64,000 nt of DNA from Bdellovibrionales bacterium (GCA_041690295.1 JAWLHR010000009.1:1-64000), one strand, 5' to 3'. Counted from the first letter of the stretch, positions 28,585 through 38,171 are shown. Numbers and translations are program-made. Notes: generated from the letters alone by a model not told the origin.

Positions 28585-29490
28585 ATGGGTGAAAAAAAGG
28601 GCAAGTCTCTGGCCATGGAGCTCATTGACGACCTTCTGAATGACAAGACAGAAGCCGTCAATGAGAAGGACGCGGCCGAGCTGATTCAAAAGGCGAAGCG
28701 TGCCGAATCGAAAGATGCGGCCAAGGCGCCGAGCCCTGTCGATGACGCCACCGAAAGAATCAGTGAAAGCAAAGTGATCGCCAAGATGAAGGCGCTGCCG
28801 AAGGCGGCGGATCCGGGCGACGAAAAAGATAAAGTGCGCGCGTCCGTCGGCCGCTACGGCACATTGCGCGCCACCGCCGCGCCCAGCTCCACCGAGGCGG
28901 CTCTGGCGCAAAGTGAATCCCTGCGGATCGCCCAAAACCGCATCATTGAACTTGAACAGGAAATCGAGCGGCTTCGCACACAGAACGAAGAACTTGGCGC
29001 CGCCGGCGAAACTTTACGCCGCCGCACCGACGAACTTCTCGCCCAAAACCAAAAACGGGAAAGCGATTACCAACACGCTTTGCAAAAGTTCGAGCAAGAG
29101 CGTGAAATTCTTAACGCCAGCAAAGAGGCCGTCCAAAGGGAAGCCGAGCAGTTACGACGCCGGAATGAGGAGCTTGAACTCCGGATTTCCACCAACATTC
29201 AAAAAATCCGGGTGCGTGAGCGTGAGCTGGAAAACCGGCTTGAGCTGATCAAAATGGAAAGCGCGGCTTTGATTCGCGCCAAGGACGAAATGATTCTGGA
29301 ACTCAAGCGGCAAATCGACCAGTTGAGCCTTGAACTCAATAACTACCGAGCCAAGAACCAGGAACTCAATCGCCAAACGAATGATAAACAGGAGATGTTG
29401 CGGCGGACCGTGAAGGCGCTGAGGCTGGCTCTCAGCATGCTGGAAGGCGAAGAAGAGTCCGGGAAAAATCCGCAACGTAAAGCCAAATGA
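28585..29490 (+). CDS. Coiled-coil hypothetical protein
   Basis: 301 aa; long heptad E/Q/R/L-rich C-terminal two-thirds; ATGA-coupled to the GGDEF gene. Confidence 0.75.
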   Translation: MGEKKGKSLAMELIDDLLNDKTEAVNEKDAAELIQKAKRAESKDAAKAPSPVDDATERISESKVIAKMKALPKAADPGDEKDKVRASVGRYGTLRATAAPSSTEAALAQSESLRIAQNRIIELEQEIERLRTQNEELGAAGETLRRRTDELLAQNQKRESDYQHALQKFEQEREILNASKEAVQREAEQLRRRNEELELRISTNIQKIRVRERELENRLELIKMESAALIRAKDEMILELKRQIDQLSLELNNYRAKNQELNRQTNDKQEMLRRTVKALRLALSMLEGEEESGKNPQRKAK

Positions 29491-30461
29491 TGACGCATGA
29501 CCATTTCATCACTCTGGATCTGGATGAAAATTTGAAATTCGTCATGTCGTACGTTCAGGAGCGAACCGGTGCGTCCGCCGTGCATTGGATTTCCACCTAC
29601 GGGCTTTCGCGGGTTCATGACAGCTCGGTGGAAAATTGGAATTGGGCCTTGGCCGCGGCCGATGTGATCGGGCAACACATGTGGAGCCAACCGGCCAGCG
29701 ACATGTGGTCCCTTTATCAACTCTGGGCGCAGGTGGACCAGCTCTTCCCGCGGCCGTGGACGCAGCCGCTGACACCGCATATGATGATGGATCCCCATCC
29801 GCGGTTTGTGTATCCCGTATCTTATCGTGACCGTCTCGTGGGCATCCTCACTTTGGATCAGCCGCGCGAAACAAATCCGGTGGCGCTCCTGGATAAGTTC
29901 AAGTCCGGAATGGATATCGCCGCCAAGTATCTGGCCTTCGGCTACACTTATTTGGAAGCCAAGAATCTCTCTTACATTGATGAGGTCACCGGCCTTTATA
30001 ACCAACGCTATTTACCGGTGGTGTTGGAGCATGAAATCCAGCGGTCCCGCCGGGAAAAGACCGAGTTTTCGCTGCTCTTTCTCGATATTGATTACTTCAA
30101 AATGGTGAATGACGGACGCGGTCATTGGGTGGGTTCCAAGCTGCTGGTCGAACTGGGAAGAGTCTTGCGCTCCGAGGTTCGTACGTGTGATTACACATTC
30201 CGTTACGGTGGCGATGAGTTCATCGTGGTCCTGGGCAATGCCTCCTTGGAGAACGCGAAAAAAGTCGCCGAGCGCATTCGCACGGCCATAGAAAAACAAA
30301 GTTTTTTAGTCGAGGGTCACACGTTCAATCTGACCGTGAGTATCGGGCTGGCCGGTTATCCCACGCATGCCCAGACGGTCGCGGGTTTGATTCAGATCGC
30401 TGATCAGGCTATGTACTATGGCAAACGGAAAAGCCGTAACATTGTTTTCGTCGCGAGCTGA
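29487..30461 (+). CDS. Diguanylate cyclase with GAF-like N-terminal region
   Basis: DEVTGLYNQR, FLDIDYFK.VND..GH..G, RTCD I-site, RYGGDEF, TVSIG, AD.AMY..K. Confidence 0.9.
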   Translation: MMTHDHFITLDLDENLKFVMSYVQERTGASAVHWISTYGLSRVHDSSVENWNWALAAADVIGQHMWSQPASDMWSLYQLWAQVDQLFPRPWTQPLTPHMMMDPHPRFVYPVSYRDRLVGILTLDQPRETNPVALLDKFKSGMDIAAKYLAFGYTYLEAKNLSYIDEVTGLYNQRYLPVVLEHEIQRSRREKTEFSLLFLDIDYFKMVNDGRGHWVGSKLLVELGRVLRSEVRTCDYTFRYGGDEFIVVLGNASLENAKKVAERIRTAIEKQSFLVEGHTFNLTVSIGLAGYPTHAQTVAGLIQIADQAMYYGKRKSRNIVFVAS

Positions 30462-30464
30462 GTG

Positions 30465-31556
30465 ATGGCAAAAAAGAAAATCAAATTGGTGGTGAGTGAC
30501 TTGCATTTGGGCGTCGGTCGCACCCTTGAGAACGGCCAGCTCAATGACATGGAGGAGTTTTATTTCGACGAAAAATTCGCCGAATTCCTTCATTACTACA
30601 CCACCGGCAAGTACGCTGACTATGAAGTCGAGTTGATTTTAAACGGCGACATTCTCAATTTCCTGCAAGTGGATTACCTCGGCCATTACCTGACCGTGAT
30701 CACCGAGCCGATTTGCATCAACATCCTCCAGCGCATCGTGAACGGCCATCCGGTTTTCTTTAAGGCGTTGCGCGAGTTCGCCGCCCGGCCCGGCAATACC
30801 ATCACCTATGTGGTCGGCAATCACGATCAGGCCATGTTATGGCCCGGCACCCGCGCCTATTTGAACGAGGTGGTTGGTACCAATATCCATTACAAGAACA
30901 TTGTTTATTTCTTCGATGGCGTTCATATCGAGCACGGCCATATGCATGAGGCGGCCAACCGGCTGGATCCCCGCAAGTTTTTCTTGAAAAAGAATTTGGC
31001 GGAACCGATTTTGAATTTGCCCTTCGGCAGTCATTTCTTCGTGGAATTCGTGCTCAAGGTGAAGCAGACCTATCCCCATGTGGATAAGATCAGGCCGTTC
31101 GATCGCATGATGCGTTGGGCGTTAACCAACGAATTCTGGTTCACGATCACGTATATGATCCGGCTGTTTATTTATTTCATCAAATCCGCGCTGAGTAACG
31201 ATCCCCGTCGCATGTTCCCTTTTTCACGGGTGATGCGCATTATGATCGAAAGCGCGGTCTTTCCTGATTTAAGTGAAGCAGCCCGTCGTGTTCTGCAGGA
31301 TGAGCGGGTACACACAGTGTGTTTTGGTCATAGTCACGTCTATCAATACCGTCAGTTCGCGGAAAACATGGAATATTTCAATACGGGAACTTGGACGGAC
31401 CTGACATCCCTTGACATCGCTTCCTTGGGCAAAATCACCAAGCTAATATACGTGCTGTTCGAATACCCCGAAGAAGGGGAGAATCCGCGCCCGCGCGGAC
31501 GTTTGAAGGAATGGCATGGATATCACCGAATTGAAGAAGACGTGGCCATCGCATGA
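30465..31556 (+). CDS. Calcineurin-like metallophosphoesterase (LpxH-like superfamily)
   Basis: VSDLHLG, NGDI, GNHD, EHGH, FGHSH, Y.NTGTW. Confidence 0.85.
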   Translation: MAKKKIKLVVSDLHLGVGRTLENGQLNDMEEFYFDEKFAEFLHYYTTGKYADYEVELILNGDILNFLQVDYLGHYLTVITEPICINILQRIVNGHPVFFKALREFAARPGNTITYVVGNHDQAMLWPGTRAYLNEVVGTNIHYKNIVYFFDGVHIEHGHMHEAANRLDPRKFFLKKNLAEPILNLPFGSHFFVEFVLKVKQTYPHVDKIRPFDRMMRWALTNEFWFTITYMIRLFIYFIKSALSNDPRRMFPFSRVMRIMIESAVFPDLSEAARRVLQDERVHTVCFGHSHVYQYRQFAENMEYFNTGTWTDLTSLDIASLGKITKLIYVLFEYPEEGENPRPRGRLKEWHGYHRIEEDVAIA

Positions 31557-32767
31557 TTGAAATTCGCCCGGATCATCCGCCCGATGCCGGGTTGGTGCAA
31601 AAATTGACCGAGGCATGGACTTCCGCACGCGCGGCCGGAGCCGACGCCTTTGTCCAGGTGATTCAATCCGATGAAACGTGGGATGCGATTGAAAAACGGC
31701 TGGAAGAATGTCGCGACGTCGAAAAGGCGTTGGTGATCGGAATCGGTGGCTCAAGTCTCGGCACCCAGTCGATCTACGACTCTTTTAGTTCCACGAGCGC
31801 CGCGGAAATATTTTTTCTCGAATCCGCCGACCGTCATCGCTGGGATCTGTTGCGTAATCTTGGCGGCGACTGGCGGGATCGCCACATCGTGATTGTCTCC
31901 AAGTCCGGTAATACTCTGGAAACCCTGACCTGGGTTGAAAAGCTGGCCTACATCGATCAAAGCTGGATCAAACCCGAACAATGCACGGTTATCGCCAGTC
32001 CCGGCGAAGGAGAACTGCAGTCCTGGGCGAAAACTGCGGGGCTACCCTGTTTGTGGATTCCCGCCGATTTGGGTGGCCGCTTTTCGGTGCTGAGCGCGGT
32101 GGGGATGTTTCCGGCGGGACTTATGGGATTAAGCCGATTCGAGTTTCGCGAAGGCGCGCGTTGGGCGCTCACCCGGCTGGATCTGGCGGCCCAACTCGCG
32201 GCCGTGACCGTGCGTTCTTGGGAGCGGGGTGAAATGGTCACGCACCATTGGACCTATTCCGAGGCCTTACGATCCTTCGGTCAATGGTGGCAGCAATTAT
32301 GGGCGGAATCCTTGGCGAAAAAGGTGACTCGCTCGGGTGGCCCCGCGCCCGCGGTGAGCACGCCCTTACCTTGCCTCGGCCCCCGTGACCAGCACTCCCT
32401 TTTGCAATTAGTGATTGAAGGCCAAACACCAAAACATGTCTTTCTCACCCGGGTTCGAGAAGTCGAGTCCCAGGGAGAAAGTTTCGAAGGGCGGTTATTC
32501 GCTCAAATGCCCTTTTACCAGAAAGCGATTTCGCTCGGCTCGGTGCTCGGCGCCGAAGCCCAAGCTTTTGAACGGGCCTTGCTCGATAACCGGATACCGG
32601 TTACGGCCATTGAATTGGACGGGCTGAACGAACGGACCTTTGGCGCGCTATTTATGTTATGGCAAATGACCATCGCGCTTCTGGGCGAGCATCTAAATAT
32701 AAATGCGTACAACCAGCCTGGAGTCGAGTTCGGTAAAAAGCACGCCGATAAAATCTTGCGTCAATAA
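31553..32767 (+). CDS. pgi: Glucose-6-phosphate isomerase
   Basis: IGIGGSSLG, SKSG.T.ET, GGRFSVLS.VG, QL.AESL.K, DQHS..QL, NA.NQPGVE.GK. Confidence 0.88.
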   Translation: MIEIRPDHPPDAGLVQKLTEAWTSARAAGADAFVQVIQSDETWDAIEKRLEECRDVEKALVIGIGGSSLGTQSIYDSFSSTSAAEIFFLESADRHRWDLLRNLGGDWRDRHIVIVSKSGNTLETLTWVEKLAYIDQSWIKPEQCTVIASPGEGELQSWAKTAGLPCLWIPADLGGRFSVLSAVGMFPAGLMGLSRFEFREGARWALTRLDLAAQLAAVTVRSWERGEMVTHHWTYSEALRSFGQWWQQLWAESLAKKVTRSGGPAPAVSTPLPCLGPRDQHSLLQLVIEGQTPKHVFLTRVREVESQGESFEGRLFAQMPFYQKAISLGSVLGAEAQAFERALLDNRIPVTAIELDGLNERTFGALFMLWQMTIALLGEHLNINAYNQPGVEFGKKHADKILRQ

Positions 32768-32768
32768 G

Positions 32769-32797
32769 TTGTATCACTATTCGTGGTCGTTCATAAT
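32769..32797 (+). promoter_or_regulatory. Sigma70-type promoter of dgcB (leaderless geometry)
   Basis: TTGTAT-N17-CATAAT, then 7 nt to ATG 32805. Confidence 0.45.
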
Positions 32798-32804
32798 GTT
32801 AAGG

Positions 32805-33749
32805 ATGGGCACAAATGGTGGGGACGAAGACAGCAAATCTGATTTAACCGACAAGACCAGTATTCTTCAAAGCGACACCTTTAAACTGAGAATCGCGCAA
32901 GCGGGACAAGCGCCGCCGTCGCTGGTGATGTTGGTGGGACCGGTGGCCAGCGTGGGCCGTCAGTGGCCTATCGAGGATACGGATCGGATCATCGGTCGCG
33001 CGCCGACCGCTCATATTTTCGTGGACGACCGGAGTGTGTCCAAGTTTCACGCCAAGTTGGTGATGGCGGGTGGTGACGTATCGGTTATCGATTTGGAGTC
33101 GACCAATAAGACCGTGATCAACGGAAAACAAATCCAGCCCTTAATGCCGCACAAGCTTCAGAACAACGATCAAATCAAAGTCGGCAATATCATCTTCAAG
33201 TTCCTGGAGAGGGGTAGCATCGAAACGGTGGCGAGTGCGACCGCGTTTGATCGGGCGCAGACCGACGCATTGACCGGTATCGCCAATCGCGGCGCTTTGA
33301 TGGCCAAGGCGCCGGAATTGTTCAAGCGCTCCGAACTCCTTGGCATCACCTTTACGCTCATGCTTTTTGATATTGATAAGTTCAAATCCATCAACGATAC
33401 CTACGGTCACCCGGCGGGCGATTATGTGCTGTCCGAAATCGCCAAGGTGATCCGTGATAAGTTGATTCGCGGCAATGACTTTTTCGCCCGCGCCGGTGGC
33501 GAGGAATTCGCGCTGCTTTTGTTGGGCAGCCCGCCGAGGCAGGCCGAGGAAATCGCCGAACGGATTCGGGCCACCATTGAAGGGCACGAATTCATTTTTG
33601 AAGGGAAAAAACTGACCGTGACCATTTCCATCGGCATCGCCTTCAAAAATGAAAAGGACGCCAGTTGGGAGTTCGTTTACGAACGCGCCGACAAGGCCCT
33701 TTATCAATCCAAAAATAGCGGCCGTAACCGCGTTTCCGTGGCTTCTTAA
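32805..33749 (+). CDS. dgcB: FHA-domain diguanylate cyclase, Bdellovibrio DgcB-like
   Basis: N-terminal tail DKTSILQSDTF; FHA motifs IGR, SVSK.HA, DL.STN; RGND I-site; GGEEF. Confidence 0.85.
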   Translation: MGTNGGDEDSKSDLTDKTSILQSDTFKLRIAQAGQAPPSLVMLVGPVASVGRQWPIEDTDRIIGRAPTAHIFVDDRSVSKFHAKLVMAGGDVSVIDLESTNKTVINGKQIQPLMPHKLQNNDQIKVGNIIFKFLERGSIETVASATAFDRAQTDALTGIANRGALMAKAPELFKRSELLGITFTLMLFDIDKFKSINDTYGHPAGDYVLSEIAKVIRDKLIRGNDFFARAGGEEFALLLLGSPPRQAEEIAERIRATIEGHEFIFEGKKLTVTISIGIAFKNEKDASWEFVYERADKALYQSKNSGRNRVSVAS

Positions 33750-34453
33750 TTCAAGCAGTAGGGGCGCGCGCGGGTCCACGACCGGATGCTCTGGTATTGC
33801 TGATCCCGGCGAAGCACGGACCAATACCTGGCGCCGCCTTTCCAGCCCCCATTGTTGGCGCGAATCACTCCATCACGGCCGACCCAGCGATTGAGGATTT
33901 TGATTCCGCAAAGCAGATTTTTAAACGGATCGTGAAGGTCATTGGCATTGGCGAGCGGGCATCCGTAGCCGAGCGCGCTTTCGATCGAGAGCTGTAAGAG
34001 ACCGCGTGAGATCACCGGCTGCCCAGAACTATCATTGAAATCTTCTTTGTACGACAGGGCGGGGTTGAAATTGCTCTCGAACTGCGCGATCGAGGAAATC
34101 AGATACACCCAGAAATTCTTCAGCTCGCTTAAGGTGAGCCGATCGTAGTTGGGGCAAAAATCGGTGCCGTCGGCGGCACGGACATTCAGCAAATCGGGAC
34201 CTTGAATTTCTAACTGTTCATAAACAAAAAGTGTCCAATCGCGGGACCCTTTGCCCTGCTCCTCCCATCGCGCGGGAAACACTTTTTCCGGAACGGGAAG
34301 GTCTTCAGTGATGTCATCTTCGGGGACCTGACCCGCGTCTCGATCTTCTCCCGGTGCCGTTGAAGGATGAGATTTTAATGAGGCGACCTGGCCACCGCAT
34401 CCAACTATAGCGGAAGCGATAATAAATAAGGACATGGGCCGGAGCCGGAACAT
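33746..34453 (-). CDS. Lytic transglycosylase (SLT-like) lipoprotein
   Basis: IVGC lipobox; FW..LISSIA.FESNFNP (catalytic Glu), SRGLLQLS, L.DP..NL.CG, YWSVLR. Confidence 0.75.
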   Translation of the reverse strand: MFRLRPMSLFIIASAIVGCGGQVASLKSHPSTAPGEDRDAGQVPEDDITEDLPVPEKVFPARWEEQGKGSRDWTLFVYEQLEIQGPDLLNVRAADGTDFCPNYDRLTLSELKNFWVYLISSIAQFESNFNPALSYKEDFNDSSGQPVISRGLLQLSIESALGYGCPLANANDLHDPFKNLLCGIKILNRWVGRDGVIRANNGGWKGGARYWSVLRRDQQYQSIRSWTRARPYCLN

Positions 34454-34460
34454 GTTCTGG

Positions 34461-34488
34461 ATATCGGCGCGCCCGACCTAAGTCATGA
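34461..34488 (-). promoter_or_regulatory. Sigma28-type promoter of the SLT lipoprotein gene
   Basis: Minus strand TCATG-N15-GCCGATAT, 7 nt before ATG 34453. Confidence 0.5.
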
Positions 34489-34507
34489 ATGTTGAAAACT
34501 CTGTTGA

Positions 34508-34708
34508 TGACTTGGTCAGCGGAGGCGGCCAAAGCCCAGTGAATTGATGACACTGCCCACGTAATAAGCAGTGGCGAAAAGACCCCTGGACGATCGTAAA
34601 ACCCGCGCCAAATGGAGCTGAGCCGGCGCGGGATTTGGCCCCGCCCTTGCTCTAGCGTGATGGCGAGGGAGGAGGCGGGAAGGCGCCACTGAATTCACTT
34701 CCAAGTCA
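34508..34708 (+). ncRNA. Candidate structured RNA / long 5' leader, family unknown
   Basis: Three nested 8-bp long-range stems plus two GC-rich hairpins; no match to an RNA family I recognise. Confidence 0.3.
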
Positions 34709-34813
34709 AAGTTCTCGTCTTGATCACCGCGGCCGCCGGCAACCGTGGTGAAAAAATCAAAACGCATTAACCGACTGGGCGAACGGCTTGGTCTAACAGG
34801 GGAGAAAGCGTCC

Positions 34814-35422
34814 ATGAAGACGGACCTTGAACTCATACAGGATGTGAAGAATGGTTCAAAAAAATCTTTCGAGGCTCTGGTGCTCAGGCATCAGAAGTTT
34901 CTGTTGAAAGTGATCGTGCGGATGACCCGGGATTTGGACGCCGCCGAGGATGTCGTGCAAGACGCGTTCGTGAAAGCGTTTCGAAGGTTATCACTTTTCG
35001 AAGGGCGAAGCTCTTTCCGCAGCTGGTTGTATCAGATCGCGGTGAACACCGCCCGCAACCGCTTTCGCGATAACCAACGGGAGTTCCTGGGAACGGACGG
35101 CATCGAGATCATGGTTGACGGCGAAAGCGAAAACCAGCTGATGGCGACGGACGTCCGCAAGATGATCCAACGGGAAGTCGATCGTCTGCCGGAACGCCAG
35201 AAAACCGCGTTGAGCTTGCGCATTTTCGAGGATTTAAGTTTCAAAGAAATCGCCGACATCATGCAATGCCCCTATGACACGGCCAAGGCCAATTACCGGC
35301 ATGCGCTTTTGAAACTTAAGGACCGGCTTTCGGGCAGCGCCACATTGAAAAACTGGACCGAACCGCCCCGTTATTCGTTTTTGGATTTTGAGTTACAGGC
35401 GCCGCCCAAAGCGGCCAATTGA
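34814..35422 (+). CDS. ECF (RpoE-like) RNA polymerase sigma factor
   Basis: D.ELI, AEDVVQDAF, F.GRSSF.SWLYQIA.N, LP.RQ, LS..EIA.IM; GGAG RBS before ATG 34814. Confidence 0.92.
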   Translation: MKTDLELIQDVKNGSKKSFEALVLRHQKFLLKVIVRMTRDLDAAEDVVQDAFVKAFRRLSLFEGRSSFRSWLYQIAVNTARNRFRDNQREFLGTDGIEIMVDGESENQLMATDVRKMIQREVDRLPERQKTALSLRIFEDLSFKEIADIMQCPYDTAKANYRHALLKLKDRLSGSATLKNWTEPPRYSFLDFELQAPPKAAN

Positions 35423-35449
35423 GAATTTGAATCCACTGGAGGTCGAAAT

Positions 35450-35641
35450 ATGGTCGATGAAGAATTGCTGGAGTTCGAGATTGAACTCGTCCGCTGGCTG
35501 AAAAGAAATGATCCGGTCAATGAGCTGCCGATTGAAGAGCGCTTGCAACGCATCCATCAGAACGTGATGGCCACAGTGGACGTGACTCCGGGAATTGAAG
35601 CGGCCGCGCCTAAACCGGACACAAACTCTTTGAGCTTCTGA
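35450..35641 (+). CDS. Small acidic protein downstream of the ECF sigma
   Basis: 63 aa; GGAGGT RBS; 3' end overlaps the convergent aminopeptidase gene. Confidence 0.45.
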   Translation: MVDEELLEFEIELVRWLKRNDPVNELPIEERLQRIHQNVMATVDVTPGIEAAAPKPDTNSLSF

Positions 35642-36654
35642 TCCGGTTTCTTCGATTTCTCCAAGGTTTTAAGGTAAGCGAGGGTTTTGTGAAAATCCCC
35701 GCCGAAATGGCGATAGAGCTTGGCGAAATCCTCGAGTTCATACTCGTAAGTTCGGTAGGCCAAAAGAACCGCGTTGTTCAATGTCCGGCGCCCGAACTCA
35801 TCGTAAAGCGACGTGCGCAATTTGGGTTTCACTTCGGTCAGAAATCTTTTTTGAATCTCGCTTAGACGCTCGGCCTTGGCGGCGGGATCGGTTTGTCCCT
35901 TACGCTCTTCGTACCACTTCTTCAAGTCTTCCAGTTCCCGGCTCAGGAACGTTGAAAAGATCCGTTGGTCCTCGCTATCCGCCAGGGCCTTTTTTATATT
36001 TTCTGAATCGTCGCCCTCGGTTTCCCGGTAAAAGAGAATCATTCCTTCGCGACCCAAAAAGGTGGCCATGCGTTCGTTGAATTCGGCGGCGTTTTTAATG
36101 AACAACGTGGTGTGAATGGTTTCATGAATGATTAATTCGACCAGATCGTAGTCTTCGTATTTCAGCATACTCGATAGTACGGCGTCTTCGAACCAGCCGA
36201 GCGTGGAGTACGCCGAAACGCCGCGAACCGAGGTGTCGAATCCCTGCTCACGCAATCGCGCGGCCTCCTTTTCCGCGAGTTCCTTGCGGAAATACCCCTT
36301 ATAAGGAACCTTGCCGACGAACGGGAATTTCCATTCATAAGGTTTAAGTTCAAACGGATAAGCCGCCTGCACGATGTAAGTGACATAAGGGGAGTCCAGT
36401 TTCACGTAGCTTGTGTAGTTGCGCGACTTCTTAAGCCCCAGCTTTTCCTCGGCGAACTTTTTGGTTTCCTGCACCAGCCGAAGTTTACGTTTTTCGGCGT
36501 CGGAAACTTTTCCGCTCTTCAACACCCTTTCAATGGGTTCGCGCGAACTGTTGATCTTGGTTTGGTGATAAGCGCTATGCAGGTAATAGCCGAGCTGGCA
36601 GCCCGTGCCCACGACAATGACAAAAACCAACGATATGGCTCTTAAAAGAGCCAC
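35557..36654 (-). CDS. Putative zinc aminopeptidase lipoprotein (DUF2265-like)
   Basis: GTGC lipobox; W.FP.VG.VPYKGYF, V.AYSTLGWF.D, HETIH, FNE..ATF. GTG start 36654 with GGGAG RBS. Confidence 0.85.
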   Translation of the reverse strand: MALLRAISLVFVIVVGTGCQLGYYLHSAYHQTKINSSREPIERVLKSGKVSDAEKRKLRLVQETKKFAEEKLGLKKSRNYTSYVKLDSPYVTYIVQAAYPFELKPYEWKFPFVGKVPYKGYFRKELAEKEAARLREQGFDTSVRGVSAYSTLGWFEDAVLSSMLKYEDYDLVELIIHETIHTTLFIKNAAEFNERMATFLGREGMILFYRETEGDDSENIKKALADSEDQRIFSTFLSRELEDLKKWYEERKGQTDPAAKAERLSEIQKRFLTEVKPKLRTSLYDEFGRRTLNNAVLLAYRTYEYELEDFAKLYRHFGGDFHKTLAYLKTLEKSKKPDQKLKEFVSGLGAAASIPGVTSTVAITF

Positions 36655-37199
36655 GACACTCCCGCCCGGCCGGCGTAGTCCACGATCACCGGATCTTGAT
36701 TGAGTGGTGATGTCCAAGCGTCCACACCGATTTTGATGCTGAACTGTTTGGTGAGGCTGATCGCGAATCCCAACCCGCCGCTGGGAACCGCGCCCTGCTG
36801 GGTGGAGATTTTATCCTTCGAGAAACCTTCCACCTGCCGGAAGCGCTCTTTGCTGAGGTAACCGCCGCCCAGTTTTATGTAAGGCCGGAAGGGATCCTGG
36901 CGACCGGCGAAGGAAAGAACCAAATCGAAAGACACCATGTCGATGTTATCCTCAACCGTGGTGCGCGCGTCGGTGCCCGCTTGAGTGGATTGCTTTGAAT
37001 AGCCCGTGGTGTAGTTCAGTTCCAGGGCGCAGAGTTCCCAGAAATAATAGGAGAAGGATGCGGTGTAACTCAGACTTTGAATGTAATTGTTTTCGTCATA
37101 TCCGCTCGAACGGTAGTTGGCGGAGGCGCCAAGTTCGATAAAACCCGCGTGGGCGACCGGTGTCGCCAAGGCGATAAGTAGCGGCAAAATCCAATTCAT
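36642..37199 (-). CDS. Outer-membrane beta-barrel protein
   Basis: Signal peptide ending AHA; amphipathic strands; RPYIK.GGG; terminal SWLF. Confidence 0.75.
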   Translation of the reverse strand: MNWILPLLIALATPVAHAGFIELGASANYRSSGYDENNYIQSLSYTASFSYYFWELCALELNYTTGYSKQSTQAGTDARTTVEDNIDMVSFDLVLSFAGRQDPFRPYIKLGGGYLSKERFRQVEGFSKDKISTQQGAVPSGGLGFAISLTKQFSIKIGVDAWTSPLNQDPVIVDYAGRAGVSWLF

Positions 37200-37242
37200 C
37201 CTTACGATTTTATCAAAGAAGGTGAGAGCGCGAGGGGCCAGA

Positions 37243-38073
37243 TCAGTTGTAGCCTGGGCCAAAGTGCGGCGTGAATTGGACGTGGAAGCCGTACTTCAGA
37301 CGGATGAAGCCGTCGTCCTCGACCATCTCCCGGGGCGGATTCAAAAAAGGCGCGGCGGAGCGAAAAGCATCGATGGTGGTTTGATCGAGATGTCGATCCC
37401 CGGACGACTGATGCAGGACTGAACGCACGAAATCGCCGGACCGGTTCAGCACGATTTCGATCACGGTCTGGCGATCTTGTTTGGAAAGCCGTTCGAGATC
37501 CTGGCGGGAAAGATTCCGCACATAAGCGCGCACCTCACTGACCCAACGGTTCCGCACCTGCTCATTCATGCGGGCGAAAAACGCGTAATAGGTGAATTGA
37601 TCGGCGTTTAAAGCGGTGAAGGCGCCTTCCTGAATCCCCGGAATGTATTCGGCGATACTGGACGCGCCGATGGCCACTTGTCTGAGTTGCGGCCCGGTTC
37701 CCGGTGTGCCCGTTCCCTCGCCGCGAGGGAGGCCGGTTCCACCCACTCGCTCCGAGGGTTTCAACGTCGGCTTGAATGAATCCAACGCGTTTCGCGTGGG
37801 GCCCGAGTTTCGCGCCTTCATCTGTTGCTTCACCCGTTTGGTGAAGCGGGACAGGTAATCCGCTTGATCTTTCAGCTGGTCGAAAACGTCTTTTTGTTGG
37901 TTCTCGGTTTCGGTGACGAAAGTTTTTCCGCGGTCCCGTTCGATCAAAGTGATTTCGGTGGGGCCCTCGCCGCGGTCGGGAGGCTTGGCATTGAATAGGG
38001 CGAAGATCATGGCGGCATGGAAAATGAGACTGAGGAAAAGGCCGTAAAATGCGCGGTCGGGACCGTGATTCAT
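37243..38073 (-). CDS. TonB family energy transducer
   Basis: TM helix with S-x3-H (LSLIFHAA); C-domain SSG...LD....AF..AAPF.NPP. Alternative start 38085. Confidence 0.8.
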   Translation of the reverse strand: MNHGPDRAFYGLFLSLIFHAAMIFALFNAKPPDRGEGPTEITLIERDRGKTFVTETENQQKDVFDQLKDQADYLSRFTKRVKQQMKARNSGPTRNALDSFKPTLKPSERVGGTGLPRGEGTGTPGTGPQLRQVAIGASSIAEYIPGIQEGAFTALNADQFTYYAFFARMNEQVRNRWVSEVRAYVRNLSRQDLERLSKQDRQTVIEIVLNRSGDFVRSVLHQSSGDRHLDQTTIDAFRSAAPFLNPPREMVEDDGFIRLKYGFHVQFTPHFGPGYN

Positions 38074-38122
38074 TTTGAGACACATTTCATCCTTGAACCA
38101 GGCCGAGGTCAAGGATCATGCC

Positions 38123-38150
38123 TAAAGCTGAGACGGTTTATGGCCGATAG
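38123..38150 (+). promoter_or_regulatory. Sigma28 (FliA)-type promoter
   Basis: TAAAG-N15-GCCGATAG, near consensus, upstream of the PilZ gene. Confidence 0.65.
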
Positions 38151-38171
38151 GGATATTGAATGGAAAATCGA

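Noticed and set aside
34622..34647. Minus-strand AGGGCGGGGCCAAATCCCGCGCCGGC resembling the start of an FMN riboswitch
   Set aside because: Downstream conserved FMN blocks are absent and no riboflavin gene follows.
34677..34691. GGGAAGG and GCCACTG, reminiscent of cobalamin riboswitch boxes
   Set aside because: Wrong order, and the other conserved elements are missing.
34516..34767. 83-aa minus-strand ORF in the structured intergenic region
   Set aside because: No clear RBS or recognisable motif; kept only as an alternative to the RNA hypothesis.
34768..34796. TAACCG...TCTAA as an autoregulatory ECF promoter
   Set aside because: The 18-nt spacer is longer than the usual 16-17; not supportable without TSS data.
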